DNA from: Paramoeba atlantica
Lineage: Eukaryota > Protista > Discosea
DNA length: 64,000 nucleotides
Direction of reading: 5' to 3'
Assembly (NCBI GenBank): GCA_977017575.1
Contig: CDRNVI010000019.1
Location: forward strand, 558,001 to 622,000
The position numbers were made by a program, and so were the translations under genes. Positions 62,806 to 64,000 of this stretch are shown here, in pieces (position 1 is the stretch's first letter; every line of letters starts with the position of its first letter). The notes under the pieces were generated by a model. That model was not told the origin of the DNA and did no database searches. It saw only the letters and a program-made list of their open reading frames with translations.

Positions 62806-63023
62806 TGTAAACGAGATGGTAATGTTCAAATTCCCCCGAAAAAATCGAGACGAAAAAATCGTGCAGCAGTGCCCGTTGGATGAATGATTCATCGAACGCA
62901 CTGCCAATTTCGATGAATATTCATCGAACGGGACGCCTGGTCATCGAACGGGACGCCGTTCAATGAATATTCATCGAACGCACCGTGCGTTCGATGAATT
63001 TTCATCGAATGCCCCCCCTGGCC

Positions 63024-64000
63024 GAAAATTCGTTCAGTGTTCGGACCCTATCAAGTCCGCTGCAGTCCGCCAACGTATGCAACAAGTGCCGGAGCCCGTG
63101 ATGCATAGCACCACCGGAGAGGACTGGGAGGCATACGAAACGCTCTTGTGGTATCATCCCGGAAGCCACGTATGTGCTGTGCTTGCGCGTAATAGCCTCT
63201 CTCATCAGGGTACCGCTACGTTTCCGTGCATTAGTGGGCGCCAGCTCGTGAATTATTGTTAGGTCATAAAAGATTTCCCCAGTTGCCCAATGTATTACAA
63301 TGTCAGGTCCTGACCGATGGAGGCTCGCATTTCTACAAACTTTTTGATGATCACTTTTTCGCCATTGTGGGAACGATTCTCCGCATGTAGAGCATTTATA
63401 AGAAGTAAACTGTCGAGGTTCCCTTTCGCATGGCACACCCGCCTTCATGCACAGTTCATAGATAATACGCACCAGATTATTATGTTTCATTGTTGTATTA
63501 TTGCCGGAACACTGGACGCATCCAGCTATGTGCGAAAAGGCTGATGAAGAATCCAGAAGGGTGCGACATCCTGGGCATTGCAGACTTTCGGGAATACGAG
63601 GGTGGCTTAGACCAAGACGTGGCATCAAAGCTAATGTGAAGAATTTGGAAGGCACTAACTTTGCCGTCGAATGAAGCCACGCGGAGTTCCCTTTTTCACT
63701 TGCTGCTCTCAGCACTGGTGCAATTTTCGGGTCCTTACTCAACGATTCTTTAATGGCCCTGTTAAGCTTTGCTTCAGTTACAAATTCATCGTGGGGAGGG
63801 GTTATCTGATCTTCATTTCCCACCTGCGATGGAGACGTGAGACTGGGTGCTCGAACTGAATAGGAATTAAGTCGTTCAAGAGCACTGTGCCTTGATGCTT
63901 CATACGCCGATTTTCGCAAGAGATCAGTGGGCGTTAACCCCAATCCTCCGCTCTTCACAGGTAGACGCGCCCAAGCAATTTGCTTTGGTGTCATCGATCC
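63024..64000 (-). pseudogene. CRE lineage B thumb + RLE, interrupted by Merlin and running off the window
   Basis: LPVKSGGLGL, CPGC...HIAGC, SGPDIVIHW. Confidence 0.9.

Larger units (their letters stand above)
60447..63023 (-). mobile_element. Merlin/IS1595-family DNA transposon with a 9-bp TSD
   Basis: gaaaattcg at 60438-60446 and 63024-63032. Imperfect TIRs start GG(CC)AG7-8CA(C/T)TCGATGAA. Confidence 0.92.

Noticed and set aside
1-64000. tRNA, rRNA or host housekeeping genes; most short ORFs of 60-130 aa in the track
   Set aside because: No recognisable RNA gene motifs were found. The short ORFs are antisense or alternative frames of TE genes, or AT-rich UTR sequence.

Overview
This is a eukaryotic transposon island with no recognisable housekeeping gene. 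The host is very probably a kinetoplastid or other euglenozoan, because kinetoplastid-type spliced-leader (SL) sequences are embedded in the DNA. The window is a pile of nested mobile elements: five tyrosine-recombinase (YR) retrotransposons with Gag-YR-RT/RNaseH order (E1 271-5235; E2 1-270 plus 5236-7308; E5 ~10443-15633; E3 19957-24750; E4 33702-38101), about 13 CRE/SLACS-type RT+RLE non-LTR copies from at least 3 lineages, one APE-RT-RNaseH LINE split by E4, one Merlin/IS1595 DNA transposon with a 9-bp TSD, a poly(A)-tailed retrocopy of an unknown gene, and a 43 x 18-bp array. Main discovery: all five YR elements share a dual-recoding layout. YR follows gag in the same frame behind a single stop codon (readthrough candidate). 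RT/RNaseH lies in the -1 frame, is open from a slippery heptamer just upstream of that stop, and runs through the whole YR gene. In E1-E4 one predicted stem starts 6-7 nt after the heptamer and closes just past the stop. Other highlights: a conserved att-like terminus with a fixed 16-nt spacer, SL relics on retrotransposon 5' ends, and a small beta-rich domain apparently shared by three TE classes. All alignments and RNA folds were done by eye. None of the recoding is experimentally shown.
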